Part shown: positions 23,635 through 36,996 of the stretch, one piece after another
Numbering within the stretch: the stretch's first letter is position 1
Layout: the number at the start of each line of letters is the position of its first letter
Origin: Takakia lepidozioides
Lineage: Eukaryota; Plantae; Bryophyta
Assembly: GCA_030704615.1 (NCBI GenBank)
Contig: CM060732.1
Location: 15,562,001-15,626,000, forward strand
DNA: 64,000 bases
Direction of reading: 5' to 3'
Notes under the pieces: model-generated
The model's input: the letters and a program-made list of their open reading frames with translations, nothing else
Databases searched by the model: none
What the model was told of the DNA's origin: nothing
Translations under genes and position numbers: made by a program

Positions 23635-26600
23635 TTAGGAGCGAGGGTAGTTGCAGATAATGCAGACAGAGGAGGAAGTGGAGTTAGCATAAGTGCAATG
23701 CTCACAGGACCAATGGCCTGTATCATCACCAGCGCGACTAGATCCCCCAATCTTGGAGCTTCCAACTTTAGCCCTTCCACCTCTGCCCTTTGAACTACCG
23801 GAGGCCTTGGAACTGCTGCTAGATTTGCCCCCTCCTCTTGTGATGTCCACATCAGAAAGCCCATTTTCTAGTGCCCGCACCAGGTTCTCAAAATACGTCC
23901 TCGTCACACTGCAATAAGAACAATATTATGGATAGAAATGTCAACACATCTACACCCAACGCCCTTTCTTAGTTTACCATGGCTGATGTAACACCCTACC
24001 TTACACCAGAGTATCCCAACCTTCATTCAAGTACTTGTCTGTGTGTATCTTCTTCTCTACCTGTAAGTTGAGATCCCCAGGGACATTATCGTATACCAAT
24101 TATGAACTAATGTTCAAGGCCTTCAAACAGGGTCTTGAAAGCAATTGTACTTCAGTAGTGGATTTCACCTGGTCAACCCAGCCAGTTTGGTGCGGAAGTC
24201 ATTGAACGTGGTGGGGGGATTGTCTCCCTCAAGGAAGTTTTGCAAATCCTTCTCAGCACACTGATGTAGACGCTCCAACCCAGCCTCTGCTTCACCTGCA
24301 TTTTCCTAACCAACACTCTCATCAAAACTTGCATCCCAGTCCCTTGAAGTTGTATATTTCCACCCACCAAATGTGACAAATACTAGCGATATGGACAAAT
24401 GAAGAGGATGGTCATGCTAACCTTGTAGATACTCAAAGAACTGGCGCTTCGCATGCTCACTTTCAGGTAGGTAGTAACCATAGGCATACGTCCATTTCAG
24501 CACACGCCGACACTCCACAATCTGAATGATAGTCAGAAATTTACCCTCTCGGTGAGTCTCAGTTCATCAATGCATATGTGTAGACTAACAAGAAGCCCAT
24601 CAAATCTCTGGGCAGAGGAATACACTAGAAGTGCACTTCACAAATAGCATAAACGCACCGGAAACTCCCAGAGGATTACACCACTTGCAAGTTGTCCAAA
24701 ATTTTAAATATCTCAATTTCCACCATTTCCTTTGACAAAGGGTCTGTTGTTAGTTACTGAAAGGGAAAGACTAAGCACCATTGAAATGAGTGAAAAACAG
24801 GTAAGACAGAAAAAGCATGGGAAAGGAAGGTGAGGATTCGTTCTTCAACAGCAACCACGACAAGAATCGCTCACCTGCAGCCATGCCTCATTGACAAACT
24901 TCAGCTGGGAAACAGGTTGACACTGTTTGTCACTCAGCTTTTCAATCTACACACACAGACCAATGAATGCAAACTTCAATATCGAAAGAGCAAAAACCAC
25001 CTCAGAGCATCATGTAGTCTACAAATAATACTTGTGCCTGAGGAGATGAGCAATGTGACTGCAACAGACGACCTGGTATGGATATTACATAAGGCCTTAC
25101 AATACCACACATGATTGCATGGTTCTCTGCAACTCTGTCTAGATTGGCAATGCCGGAACAAATCAGTTTGGTCCGTCCAGTTACTTATGACCTGGATCAG
25201 GTAAGAATAGCTTTTTGAGAGCCTCTTCAGGTAGAGTAGGAGGGCTTTCCAATCAACAGTATCAGCAGAATCAAGACAAACCAAAGCCCACTATCACACA
25301 AGAATCAAATCTGCTCCTTTCAAAAGATTACAAGGTGGGAATATGAGGTTTTCTTTCTGCAGTAAAAGGGCTACCTCCTATTGGTGTATTCTACATTGCT
25401 GCAGGCTGAAAGAACAAGACACACCTAAGCAACCTGGATCAATCCTGCAATGTGGCAACAAGCTTGAATATAGTACCTGAACTAGCTGCATTTGTTGAAG
25501 ATCAGAGAGTGCTTTGGCCCTCGACTGCAAAAATTCAATAGTTCAAAGTCATTAACAACGTGAAGACTGAAATTATGCCAGCTTAACTTGTGTAAGCATA
25601 TCCCAATAAACGATGCAGGACTCCATATAAATTCTACAACCAAGATAAGGTTCCCAGTTAGTACTAGGATGTGCTCTCTCAACACAAAGTGGACTTAATC
25701 ACAAACCAAGTACAGTGGATAATTCCCAAGAACAAGACAACAGGTCTCCATGCACCCAGTCAAAACACTTACAGATTCATTTGTAGCCCAACGCTCATAG
25801 TAATGGGTGTACCGCTCCAATGAATTCTTAGCCATCTCCCTTCTCCTCTCAGCTTCATCATACTGTGGAAACAGACAACAATAAATATGAAAAAGCAGAA
25901 TTAAACCACGCACTCCACCTACATAAACTTCAAATGAGTTCCAGAAGACACCCACATATCAGATCTCGACAGACTCTCCTCTGCTTCCAAACATTTAGTC
26001 ACTCACTCCAAGCATGGGTCCAAATGTTGCAAGCCTAATTTATGATAATCAGACTCCATTGTATGTGCAATGGAAACTGAGACCAAGATGACATGATGCT
26101 CAGCATCATAAGGTACTGCAAAATACACTGTAAGACAACTGAAAATGTACAAATTGTGTCGAAACCAACTGTACATTGGAATTGCAGAAAGAGCAAGGAA
26201 GTGGGTCTTCCTACCACGCCTTCCTGCTTGGCAGTCTCATATCGGTTGCATGCATAAAATCCTCCTGTCCGTTCCCCATGATCCGTCCATGCCCCCAGAC
26301 AAAGCCTACAAAACATCCAGATTGACAAAATGTGAGTTACTGAGACCATCCATGAATGCAACTTAAGGGAGCTGACATTAAGAAACTATGCCACCAGACA
26401 CAGTCACATTCATTACACTGGGGGATACATGAATACCGGATCTATAATGATGTGAAGGGAATACAATGAGACCAACTACCATCTATCAGCTGCTCGGGTC
26501 TTTCCTAACCCTCAGAAGCATCGCCAAAGGATCCACAAAGTGGAGGGTACAACTTAAATTCCATACTGGTCCCTCACAAACTCCAGCTCAAGCAATAGAG

Positions 26601-29600
26601 ATCAATGAGGCAGGAGGTATATCTAGACACATGAGCACCCATACAAACAGATTGACTGGCTTCAACACGTGTCTCCTTGGTGGTATAATTGCAACAAGCA
26701 TGACAATCCTACAGACAACCTGATGGCGTCCTAGATAGTAGTGACCCTACAGGTAAAGTATTTACCAGCAAAATTCAAATTTACAAGGAGGTGTGCATGT
26801 GATATGCATGCAGCCTTGGTTCTTCTCAATTGGCCGCTTACATTTGGGGCAAGGCTTTGAGTTCGCCAGAATCCTACACACAATGTCCAAAGACGTTTTT
26901 AGTTTCCAAATTTCAGTGTCTGCCACCTGCACAACCACAGCTCAGATTGTGTGCATCTTAGCCATCAAATGCAAAGATAGATTAAGATGGTAACAATGTT
27001 GTTCCATCAAATATCAGTGAGCGAACCACGTACAATCTCTGCAAACAACCTCAGAAGGAGAAGATTCTAAGAGATTGAGAGAGCAGGTATGATTTAGATT
27101 GCAAACATCTGATTTCTGGTATGCGCAAGGAACTGCATGGTAAATTTTAATCGTTTAGCAGGATAGGATTCAAGAGATTTGTATTTAAGATGCATACTTG
27201 TCCACCTGGCAACAGCGCTCCCAGCTTAGGCTTTTGCAAAAACATGGACAACTGCATTTCAATTTGGATACAAAGCTCTCAGCATCCTTCGTATCTTGTT
27301 GTACACATAGGGGTACTATGCCAGCTGTGATTGACTGTTGTTTTGTGAGGTGTTAAAAATGTCGGGCAGCCGTTTGGAAATGAGGGTTGCCTACTACTAC
27401 GGCTGCATTGTGGCAAACGCACGTAAAGCCACTATCTTACCAGTTCATATTTTCAGACTCGGCACAGTTCTTGAGTATCCACTTGTTGACTGTGTCACAA
27501 TCCACAGGACGATGTGCCTCCTCCCGACACTGAAAATACAGTAGTCATTGAAACCATTTTCCTCTTCCCCATGGTGCAAATCCAACACAAGGGAAAACTC
27601 TTTACAGTTGGTTCTCTGTATGAAAGAACAAATAACCCAAAAATTGGCATAACAATCAGACAACTTACATTCCAGCAGAAATTGTGCCCACATTTGCAAG
27701 TAAGGTCGTACTTCCCAATGCCAGGGATAAACTCCACTGCATACTCACAGCCTGGGGCAGGGCACCACTTAACCTGCACAAAACTTCCACATCTTTCAGT
27801 TCACGAAAGCAAAGCACCAACACAACTTTGAAAAGGAGCGTTTGCATCAAAACCAAGAGAATGGGATGAAAATCTGACTCCCTAAATGACAAATGGCTAG
27901 ACAAAAAAATTACCTTCAAAGGGCCAGACCACATAATGGTCAACCACGTATGACATGAAATTAAGAAGGAAAGGCGTTGCCCTAACACACACTCATAACA
28001 CCCTTGCTCATAGGAGGTCAGACAAATTCATTGCAGCCGGACATTCAGTCTGTTCATTATTTTCTATCGGGGAAAAGACTGATTCTGGCCAGTCATGCAT
28101 CCTACAACCAGCAAGAACAATCTTCTGCAACATCTCGTCACCACGCATAACAACCATTGGCATGCAAGCCCGTAAGTGACCAAATCACCCGATGACACTA
28201 CAGAAAATGAACTCCTATAATCAGTAAGGAAGATTTGAACCAGACCCACCTTCTATTGAACCAATGCTGACCATACTGATGGTGGTACCACTACCTCTCA
28301 CACCAGAACATGAAGCAGGAGAAAGAATTTATTTTATTTTATTTTTTAAAAAACCAAAAAGTAGATATCAGTCAACACACCGACTGCAAATAGCACAGAC
28401 AGCTAGGCACTACTGTCATCTGCCTGTTCAATCTCACCTTCTCAATATTTAGTTTCCATTTCAACCCTCACATCTTCCAAGCACTGGCTTAAGTATACAG
28501 AGAGAGCTCTTCTACCTTTTATTTCTTATCATGAACTCTACTGAGTAAATACCATCTTACCTTCCGATTGTCTTCAACATAAGATCTCAGGAGGTAACGT
28601 GTGTACTTCATTCGATCCTCCTGCGTAACTAACCCCAAAACCATGTCTTCCCCAATAGCAGCACCGCAAGATGGATCGGCACACCGAAGCGTCAAACATC
28701 CGGGCCCGTCATTGATGGCTGTATGAATATAGCCTGTACCCCAGCAATGGCAGTTCAACAAATGTTATGATACAAACGAAGCTTCATCTCAAAAGTAAAA
28801 CTTGGCCCGGGTTTGGGCTTGCTGCCATCAACTGGCCAAGGATCACATAGCCCCAAAGATTGCTCTTCCCTCTGTTGACATCTGGGCAAGGTCAGAAATA
28901 CTTTAGACACAATACGTTGATTTGATCCATGTGCACCAACAGATTGCAGCAACCAAGCAAATATACTTTGGTGCTGCAACTTATCATGACAGCACAAGTC
29001 AATAGGCATAATTAGGCTTCTCACAAATGTATTTCCCACATCCTGAAGTCTTATCCCTTTTACTATATACATATGTTATGTATCATAAGGTTTGCACTAT
29101 ACAAGACAGTTTCACATTGAAGATAACCACCAAGCCTGAGTGAGGGCTTATTTGAAGACAAGTGAGAATCAAGAGCATGTCACATATGATGCTTGAGCCA
29201 TAAAGTAAACAGAAACATTTAGTTTTTAACATTCTGGATGGGTTTTGTAGTAAACCATCTGGTCTGAATTCTGGTGACATCACAAGTAACAAAAACCATG
29301 CATGATTGCAAAAGACAGCAGACATCAGAGGAGTAACAATGGAGATAGAATCACGAAGCATGTCACTGTCCAGATCAGTACAAATAGAGCTAAATAGAAA
29401 TATGATTACGAATCTGTGGTCCTGAAAATCGGTTCAGACCAGTAGAACTGCACCCAAATCAAGACACGGGCTGCACTGGAGCAACAGGCTGGAACAGAGG
29501 AATCTCAGATATCAGAACTTTCAACATTGTCGTTAAAATGCATCCTTCAGTCTACAAAACTACTCAGGCAAACCAAAGCATCACCAACCTGTCCAGCAGC

Positions 29601-32600
29601 TGTCGCAAAAGAAGTGACCACAAGCAGGGGCCTTCATTTTCTCACTGGGATGCGATTCGAAGCATATTCCACATGTGAGCTGCCACAAGCATGTGTGTTG
29701 AAAAGTGTTCAGTCACCTAAATCTCAATCAAACTAAACAACTAGCAGTATGCCGCACAGTAGAAAAAAGTTGAAAGTTCTTCAACACATGAACAATTTTT
29801 TCACCATGTGAAGGCCCTACCTCTTTAGCAGTTGGTCTTTTCTCTGGCAGTGCTTTTTCTAGGAGCCCGACACTCGCTCGTACTCGTTCCTCATTGGCAA
29901 ACCACTCGTCATTAACTTTACTCACACTCCTGCCACAAACACAAACCCAGGCCATCATTATCAGTGCTCTCAAGGTAACCCTAGCCATGACTGCATACAC
30001 CCAACACATAACAACTGCAGGAGGTGGCATTCTTCAGCTCTAGACTCTGGTCTATGTCCATAACAATGACCTGCCTATCTCATTTAATTTCATCCCTCTC
30101 ACGAACGCCAAATGTAGAATTAAGGTCATTATACCGCCAGGGAGGCAATCATCACATCTACATCCAGCATTCACAGCATTAATCTCACTGCTCTCCCATG
30201 CAGGGTGTTGAACATCACACCTATCTCCTGTGTCTACTGCAAAAGTGGCATGCCAAAACATAATTAAGCCATTGCCAAAGGCAAAAATGTGACTAACAGT
30301 GCCAGGCCACACACCACATCTAGTTACCCTTGCACACTGGCTGCCTGTATCACTTAGGGCCACCTTCCTGTCTATTAATACTAAAGCAGGTCTCTTTGGA
30401 CCAGTGTTATTTTCTCCGGCGAAGCCAGATTTCAACCTGGAAAATGGGTCAGCAACACAAAGGAATCATGGGGGGTTAAAACCAAAAAAATGAGCAGAAA
30501 GCGCCAGTAGTTGAATATCAGGAGCCTGATTTTGCCTACATGGACCTGTTCAGACGTGCCACCTGTTATATAGCCACTTTCTAACCCTGCCACCTCGTTA
30601 TTCTCGCCACATGCACCTGTGTAGCGATTTTGAAAAATGACCAAAAAAACACTGCTTTGGACAAAAAGTAAATACTACAGACGTCTTATGAGTACATTTC
30701 TCTCCATCTCTCTCAGACTGATCGCCACAAGGCTCTCTCTCTCCCTCTCTGACCTCGAGGAGGTTGGGTCCAAAGCCATGTCTGATGCCCAAAGACTGTC
30801 CGATGAAAATGGAGTTAGGCATAAACCTTCCCGGAACTTGTTCCCAGTCTGTGACATGGGCGAGGACCTTAAGGATGATCTCAAGGGCCAACCTACCCTC
30901 AGTACAAGACTGAAATTTAAAATTCACGGAGGGTAGCCTACTTTTGAACAATAAACAGATCCAGAAAGGAAGAGGGGATTGTCATGGCCCGATGTGCAGG
31001 CAGCCTCAAGACAACATCCATTTTCTGATACATTGTCCGGGATATTCTCAGCGGAGAGTGACCCTCTTCAGGACCATCAAGAACATTGTCCCTGCATCTC
31101 TGTTCACCAACTTTCATAACCTCGAGGCTGACCCTAAAGCCCTGGCCCTGTTGGGATCTAATTGCTGGGCAGCTCACACACAGAAAGTTGATGCTTGTGT
31201 GAAGGGATTTCTAGAGGATATCTGAAAACCAAACTAACCGTCTCTATCAAGGTAAGTCACACTACCGGAGTGAGCACCTCACAATGGTAGCATCTGTTCC
31301 CTTTGTTCCATTCAAACTGGGAGCGTGGACTATGGCCACAAGGCTATGGCAAACAACATCTTATGAGTACATCCTCTCAACTCTCTCACACGGAACCACA
31401 TGGTGAATGCCACCAGCCAGTTTTCAGTTAAAGTCTTCTCATCAACGATAACTGAGGAATAAATATTGAACCCTACAGAAGAAAGGACTGTAAGTCAACG
31501 GTTTGTTGCTACCCCAAACAGCTGTTTGTAGCTGTTGTAATTAACACCACAGATCTTCACAGATCGTCACAGATCTTCTTGCACGTATTGAAAGCTATTC
31601 ATATCTGAACCCAGTCATGATGGATGCGCGCAACTCCCATTACCACGTCTTCATCCACAAATGGAGCTAAAATGTGGGAATGCCCTCTGATAACTGTGCA
31701 GCTTTGGCACTAGACCAGCTAATGAGTGAAGATGAATTTACAGGGGCAACCGCAGTCTAACAGATTGGCATAAACCAGTGCAGTTCGCGTCAGTACCCTA
31801 ATTGAAAAGGAAAACTTTAGATGCCAGGGCAGGGTGAGCATATAAGTAAAGTGGTCTTCATAGAATCAAACTTCAACCTCCACTTTCATCGACAGCCAGT
31901 CTGTAGAAAGTGTTAAACCCGATCCGTTCCAACTTTTCACTGTAAACAGATTAGGGCACCTTCAATGCAGGTATACAAACCTAAAAGAGAGGAACCGGAA
32001 CTGTAAGGGGGAGGGTGAAGGACGAGTATAACAACACTAGGCTACCAGAGCCTGAGTATCTCAACTACACCGGTGGGTGTAGCCCTGTTACACCTCAACA
32101 GCATCCCAGCCCAACATACACAAAACAAGCCAGAGGAAAAAGAGAGTACCATTTGAAATGACGTAAAAGAATACCAGCATCTGTAGGTGATATAGAGAGG
32201 AAGTTTGTTATGGTAGCAGTCGATTCGTCTTGTCGCTGGCGAATATCCTTCTCACTAAGGACTGTGTAGTTGGTCTGCAAAACATGACCCAAACAGAGCA
32301 GCAATCACTGAAAGCAACTTTGTGTTGACAAAGGACCCCTACAATAGTGTTAGGTAGCAACCACTACACATATGCCTTCCACTTCCATCCAAGTGCAAGA
32401 AGCACAAGGGGAAGATCAAAGGAGGAGACAAGGCTCGACAAGGGCATGCTAAAATCCAAGATTGTTTACACTTCACACTTCTAACGGAACCATCACTACT
32501 GTGCCAAAGTAAAAGAAGCATTTGCCAGATACAATTGGCTGGCGATTGCACACATAGCCCGTCCTTACATTCTTCTTCTTGTTATCAGAAGAGAGGCGAC

Positions 32601-32805
32601 CTAGAGGCCACCAAAATACCTGGGGAAGCCGAGAGCTAGGGTGAAGTTCGTCAGCATTAGAATAATCAAAGCCGTAATCGGACTCATCGTTGTCATCGTC
32701 GGAGACGATTGCTTCACTGTCCTCATCCTCCTCTTCATTCTTCTCATCATACTCTCCATCTGAAGTGCCGCCCCAGGCATCCTGCATTTCATCTTCTGAC
32801 TCCAT
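23635..32805 (-). CDS. ARI8: ARIADNE-family RBR E3 ubiquitin ligase (ARI7/ARI8-like), 15 coding exons
   Basis: Acidic N-terminus (ATG 32805), RING1 ([17 protein letters not shown]), IBR (VKWCPAPGC), RING2 ([21 protein letters not shown]), Ariadne domain ([16 protein letters not shown]), C-terminal RanBP2 finger ([10 protein letters not shown]). Exons begin near 32805, 32274, 29929, 29679, 28734, 27773, 27530, 26873, 26305, 25863, 25524, 24945, 24521, 24295 and 23889, all GT-AG. The exact paralog assignment is tentative. Confidence 0.95.
30850..31225 (+). mobile_element. LINE ORF2 C-terminal (zinc knuckle) fragment in ARI intron 2, antisense to the gene
   Basis: RLKFKIHGG...[26 protein letters not shown] resembles the CxxC..ExxxHFLxxCPxYxxxR tail of RTE/CR1-type LINEs. 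Confidence 0.55.
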
Positions 32806-34000
32806 CCCTAGGGATGAAAGGGGCGGCAGATAGAAAAGGGAAGAAGATTCAAAATACACAAGGAAAACCCTAGGAGGCGGCTCAAATTCGACGTTGAAAC
32901 GACAATTAAGATGTACAAGTAAGAAAGAACAAGTATTATAGAAGTCTGCCGCAGGGCCCGAATCACTGTGCTGGACGGAAATCAAGGACCGAGATGTGAC
33001 TAATTCAGATAGGAAACAGGTAGAGAGAAGAAAATGGAGATAAGACAACAAAGCAAGTTGACAAAAGTTGATGCCCCAATTATAGTGAAAACCAAGAAGA
33101 CCTGAGAAACTCGATCCAGATTCACTCTAAAGGAAGAGGCCACAGAACTAACAGCAACAGCAACTCTTCTTAAGTGAAGGTTCCCGCATGCAAATGTGTG
33201 GGAAGGGGACAAAGGGCCCCGATATACGGACAAGAACTGTAAGATAGAAGAGTAGCAGGGAGATGGAGGATAGCTAGGAGAGAAGGGACACCGAGGTCCA
33301 GAGGGGAAGGGCGTCAGAGGAGGTAACACTAACACCACTAAAAGAGGTCATATGCGTGCACTTGAGCCGTTGGATTTGAGGCTGAGATGGAGGCAGAGCG
33401 ATTGCAAGACAAAATCAAAGTGATTGACGAGATAGAGCAAGACTGTACAAGCACAGAGCAAGCTTTCCTCCTGAATGCCGTGGCAACAAGCTCGTCCAAC
33501 TAGTCAGGACTAGGGTTTGATGTAGAGTCCGAGGCCTGACGAGCAAATTCTTGTATCTCCGAGGCCGATTCCTAGGAGAAGAGTGTGAGAGTCCTAGGCG
33601 AAGGAACATCGACATCAAGAGTCCAGGAACATCAAACGATTGCGAAGCTTGCACACGCATGTGACATGGAGCATGAGCATGGCAAGCTGCGGAAGGCCAA
33701 CAGATTCCTCCCCCAGAGACAGACGCTTGCGAGCAAGACACATGGCTGCCCTGCATAAGCCGCTGCTGCGGCGTTCCGTCCCTGCCAGGCGCCTATACCT
33801 CCCTCTGTGCGGGTTTCGCCACCCGCTTTCGCCACATTTTCGCGTTACTCGGGAGCATATATCTGTACCATATCCCTTCAGGTTCAGGCGATTATTTGAG
33901 GAGGAGGAAGAATAAGCCTGCTTCCTTTATGAGCAACGAAGCTTTAAAGGAATTGAACCGCAGACCGATAAGTCAACGTAGAGTTCCAATTTTTATGTAT

Positions 34001-34099
34001 AGGGTAATGCCCTGAGTGGAGGGCATTCCCGAATTTAAGGGCCTGACGAGGGGAAGGCCCGCAAATCCCGGGAATGCCCCACACAAGGGGCATTACCCT
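34001..34099. other. Multi-stem hairpin, copy 1
   Basis: Nested stems AGGGTAATGCCC/GGGCATTACCCT, GGGCATTCCCG/CGGGAATGCCC, ATTT/AAAT and GGGCCT/AGGCCC around loop GACGAGGGGA. Confidence 0.85.
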
Positions 34100-34142
34100 G
34101 CGTAAAGAACTGCCACAAAAATTTTAAAAAAAATTAATGTCC

Positions 34143-34211
34143 GGTGCATTCTGCATTTCGGAATGCACTCAAAGGAGCTTATGGGGTGCATTCTGAAATG
34201 CAGAATGCACC
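34143..34211. repeat. 28-bp inverted repeat whose arms are themselves hairpins
   Basis: GGTGCATTCTGCATTTCGGAATGCACTC ... GGGTGCATTCTGAAATGCAGAATGCACC; each arm contains GTGCATTC...GAATGCAC. Confidence 0.85.
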
Positions 34212-34284
34212 CCGATGAATTCTGCTTTTTAACGGCACGATAAATACAAAGAAAATTTTGTAGCAGTGCTTTACGATTTAAAAA

Positions 34285-34668
34285 GCTTCTCATTGTTTGA
34301 TGCATGCGGTTTGGTGTTCAAATCGTACCGGGTGATATTGCAGTAGTAATGTGTGTTAATAATAAATATATATTTTGTCTGAGGAGGGTCAGCCAGTCCG
34401 GTTAAAGGTTGGAGTCAGTGCGCTTGCCAGTCCGCTGGCCGGTCTACTCACAAGTTGCCAGTCCGCTCGCCAATCGCTAGTCCTCTCGAAGGTTGGAATC
34501 AGTCTGTTGGAAGAGTCAGTCCCTTGGAGGATATGAAGAACCAGGACTTAGAAAAAATTCAGCATCCGGACCCGGTGAATAGGTGGTGGGTTTATCCGTT
34601 CACACCAAGGGCCGTATTGGCGGGGCCCATAGATGCATTGAAGTAGCTAATATTTAAAAATGAGAGGC
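34285..34668 (+). mobile_element. Mutator-like MITE, internally deleted copy (A)
   Basis: Ends GCTTCTCATT...AATGAGAGGC; flanks ATTTAAAAA (34276-34284) and ATTTTAAAA (34669-34677) give a 9-bp TSD with 1 mismatch; colinear with the reverse complement of 37931-38554. Confidence 0.7.
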
Positions 34669-34678
34669 ATTTTAAAAT

Positions 34679-36226
34679 ACCTCTCATTTTACAATATTAG
34701 CGATCTTATGGCGCACGTGCGAGCTGACAGGGTGGGCCCCGCGCACGGTCGCCCAGCCGCCCTCCTCCCAGCAGTCGCGACCCACCCACCGCGCCCGCTG
34801 GTCTGCTAGTCCACTGGCCTCTAGTCTGCCAATCCGTCCGCCAGTCCCCTGCGCCGGTCCGCTGCCCGCCAGTCCCCCCAACAGTTCGGCGTTGCCCGTC
34901 TGCTGTCTGCTAGTCCGCCGGTCTGCCCAACAGTCCGTTGTGCCCGTCTGCTGACGCCGGAGGATGTGGTCCGTCCATTCTGATAAATCCATCCGAGCCA
35001 TCCATGTTCAGGGCATGGAAAATTGCAACATCCTGCCACCAAATCGGCCACTCGTTCTTGTTGTACCTCGTTCTCGTTCTTGCGGCTCTTTGTTGTCAAA
35101 TGTTGCGAAGCTGACTTTCCACGCACGCAGCTGTTCTTCTTGTTTAGGGCGATGTTCATGACGATGAAGGGTGTGCTGAACATTCTTAGACGTGGGACGA
35201 CGTCTCTGCCACGAGATGTCTGCCAATTGCGGATAGGGTCAACGAAACACGATGCAGTCCTAAGGTCCTCAAACATCTATATGCACCTCATGAATCATTA
35301 TATCTCAACCACTACCGTCTCCTTGCAAATTGGACAACGTGTCGATGGCAAGGAGACGTAGCCTCAGACATGTGGATTCAGGTTGCTTGTGGATGTTCGA
35401 GGTCCTTACGACCGCAAATGCTTGTGTATCAACATGCTCTTTGACTGTGTCTTTGTCAGTATTTTCACTAAGCAGACTGTTGTGCCATGAGTATGCGCAT
35501 ATGTTAGTCTGGTGGGGACGTATGAAATGCAGCAACGGCAGAAATGCGACGCCAAGCACCGTCAACAGTCTCGTCAATCTTTTGCCCCCATACATCAGAC
35601 TGTTGGAGCGTCGGTCTGTGGATCTGATGGGATATCAGTCTGTTGGTCTGGTGGACTGTTGGTCTCTTGGGATATCACTCAGTTGTGTTGCGAGTCTATT
35701 CGTCAGTGGACTACTTAGCCTTCACTTCCTGCCAAATTCCATTTTTCCCCGAAGTCTCTTCGCTCGTCAGTCCGTTGAACCGTCGGTCAAGTGGAAGTCC
35801 ATTTTGGAATAACAGTCCGTTGCACTGCTACTTTATCACTCAATTGTACCGCGAGTCCGTTCGCAGTGGGTCATGGGCAGTCCAGTTATCTTCTTTCCTC
35901 TGGACCGCACTTTCATTCGCATTGCTTTTCCCGTGAGTCTGTTGAGCCGTCGGTTTGGTGGTCAGTCAGTCTCTTCTGATATTACTCAACTAGACTGTCA
36001 CGAAATCAGACTGTTGTAGCGGAAGACTGTTTGCATTGGGTCTGTTGGGCCATCAATGTCAACAGGTGTAAGTCTGCTGGACCTAATAAATACAGCGACG
36101 GCGGCAAGGACGCCCAGTCTTGTCGTGCCACATCATCAGTTTCGTCTCGGTCTCGTGGCGGACTTTTTTTTGTTGGCAGTCTCGCCTCAGTCTCTTCGTC
36201 AGTATGTTTAACCTTCCGTCTGTTGG
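34679..36226 (+). mobile_element. Related larger element (B), 5' end present, 3' end lost
   Basis: Starts ACCTCTCATTTTACAATATTAGCG, followed by GC-rich sequence and AGTC/GTCT-rich repeats like elements A and C; truncated by a CACTA end at 36227. Confidence 0.5.
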
Positions 36227-36490
36227 CACTATAGGAAAAAGAGGGGGTTTGCGACGTCGCGGCGTCGGTAAACCGCCCATTTCGTGCATGGGCACGGCGC
36301 TAATTTTGTGACGCCTAGGCGTCGCAGGCCCGTCGCACGAGTATCGCCAAAAAAACGTCGCAAATATGCGACGTATGGGGGTCGCAAGCCCCCGCCCCCC
36401 CTCCAGCGACGCCTGGACGTCGCTTTTCGGGCGGTCCATAACGATGGCAGGGGCCTCCTGCTAGCGACGCTCATGTACACATTTTTGTCG
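36227..36490 (+). mobile_element. CACTA element 5' terminus (truncated)
   Basis: CACTATAGGAAAAAGAGG followed by a dense cluster of GCGACG/CGTCGC subterminal repeats. Confidence 0.75.
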
Positions 36491-36996
36491 CAAATATTAG
36501 TGTTATATTGTGGATACAAGAGTGGGGAGCTTGATAAATTTGTAATTGCCGAGTCTTCAGTCATTTGAATTTTTAATTGTACCAAGTCTACCCAAAAGTA
36601 CAGTTTCTTATTAATCTATTGAAATGTATGTAAGCTCATATGGTAGCAGTGGGCATATAGGTGCACATTATGTCCAACACTTTTAGAGATAAGACATGCC
36701 GTCCTTTTCCCTGCACAAAGAAATGGAGATGGTTTCAATGAATGTGCATTGCAAGCCACTTAATCACATGAATGTCAAAAAAGTATGTGCATTACCTCAA
36801 TACTTTCAGCTTGTGTACAACCTGGAATCTATGGGCAAGGGTGGGCGATTGTGGTGTGCCTGTGCCTCTCCAAAAAAAATTTGAAGCGTACGAGGGACTT
36901 TTCTTGTCCATCGTCGACAAACAGCCATGACTGGGTCTTCACGAGGGTATTGAAGATCCTCCTCCATCATGGCAGTCAAGTCAAGAATTTTTCCCT

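Noticed and set aside
36227-36502. Complete mini-CACTA ending at TAGTG (36498-36502)
   Set aside because: TIR match is limited to CACTA itself, and there is no 3-bp TSD (TGG vs TTA).
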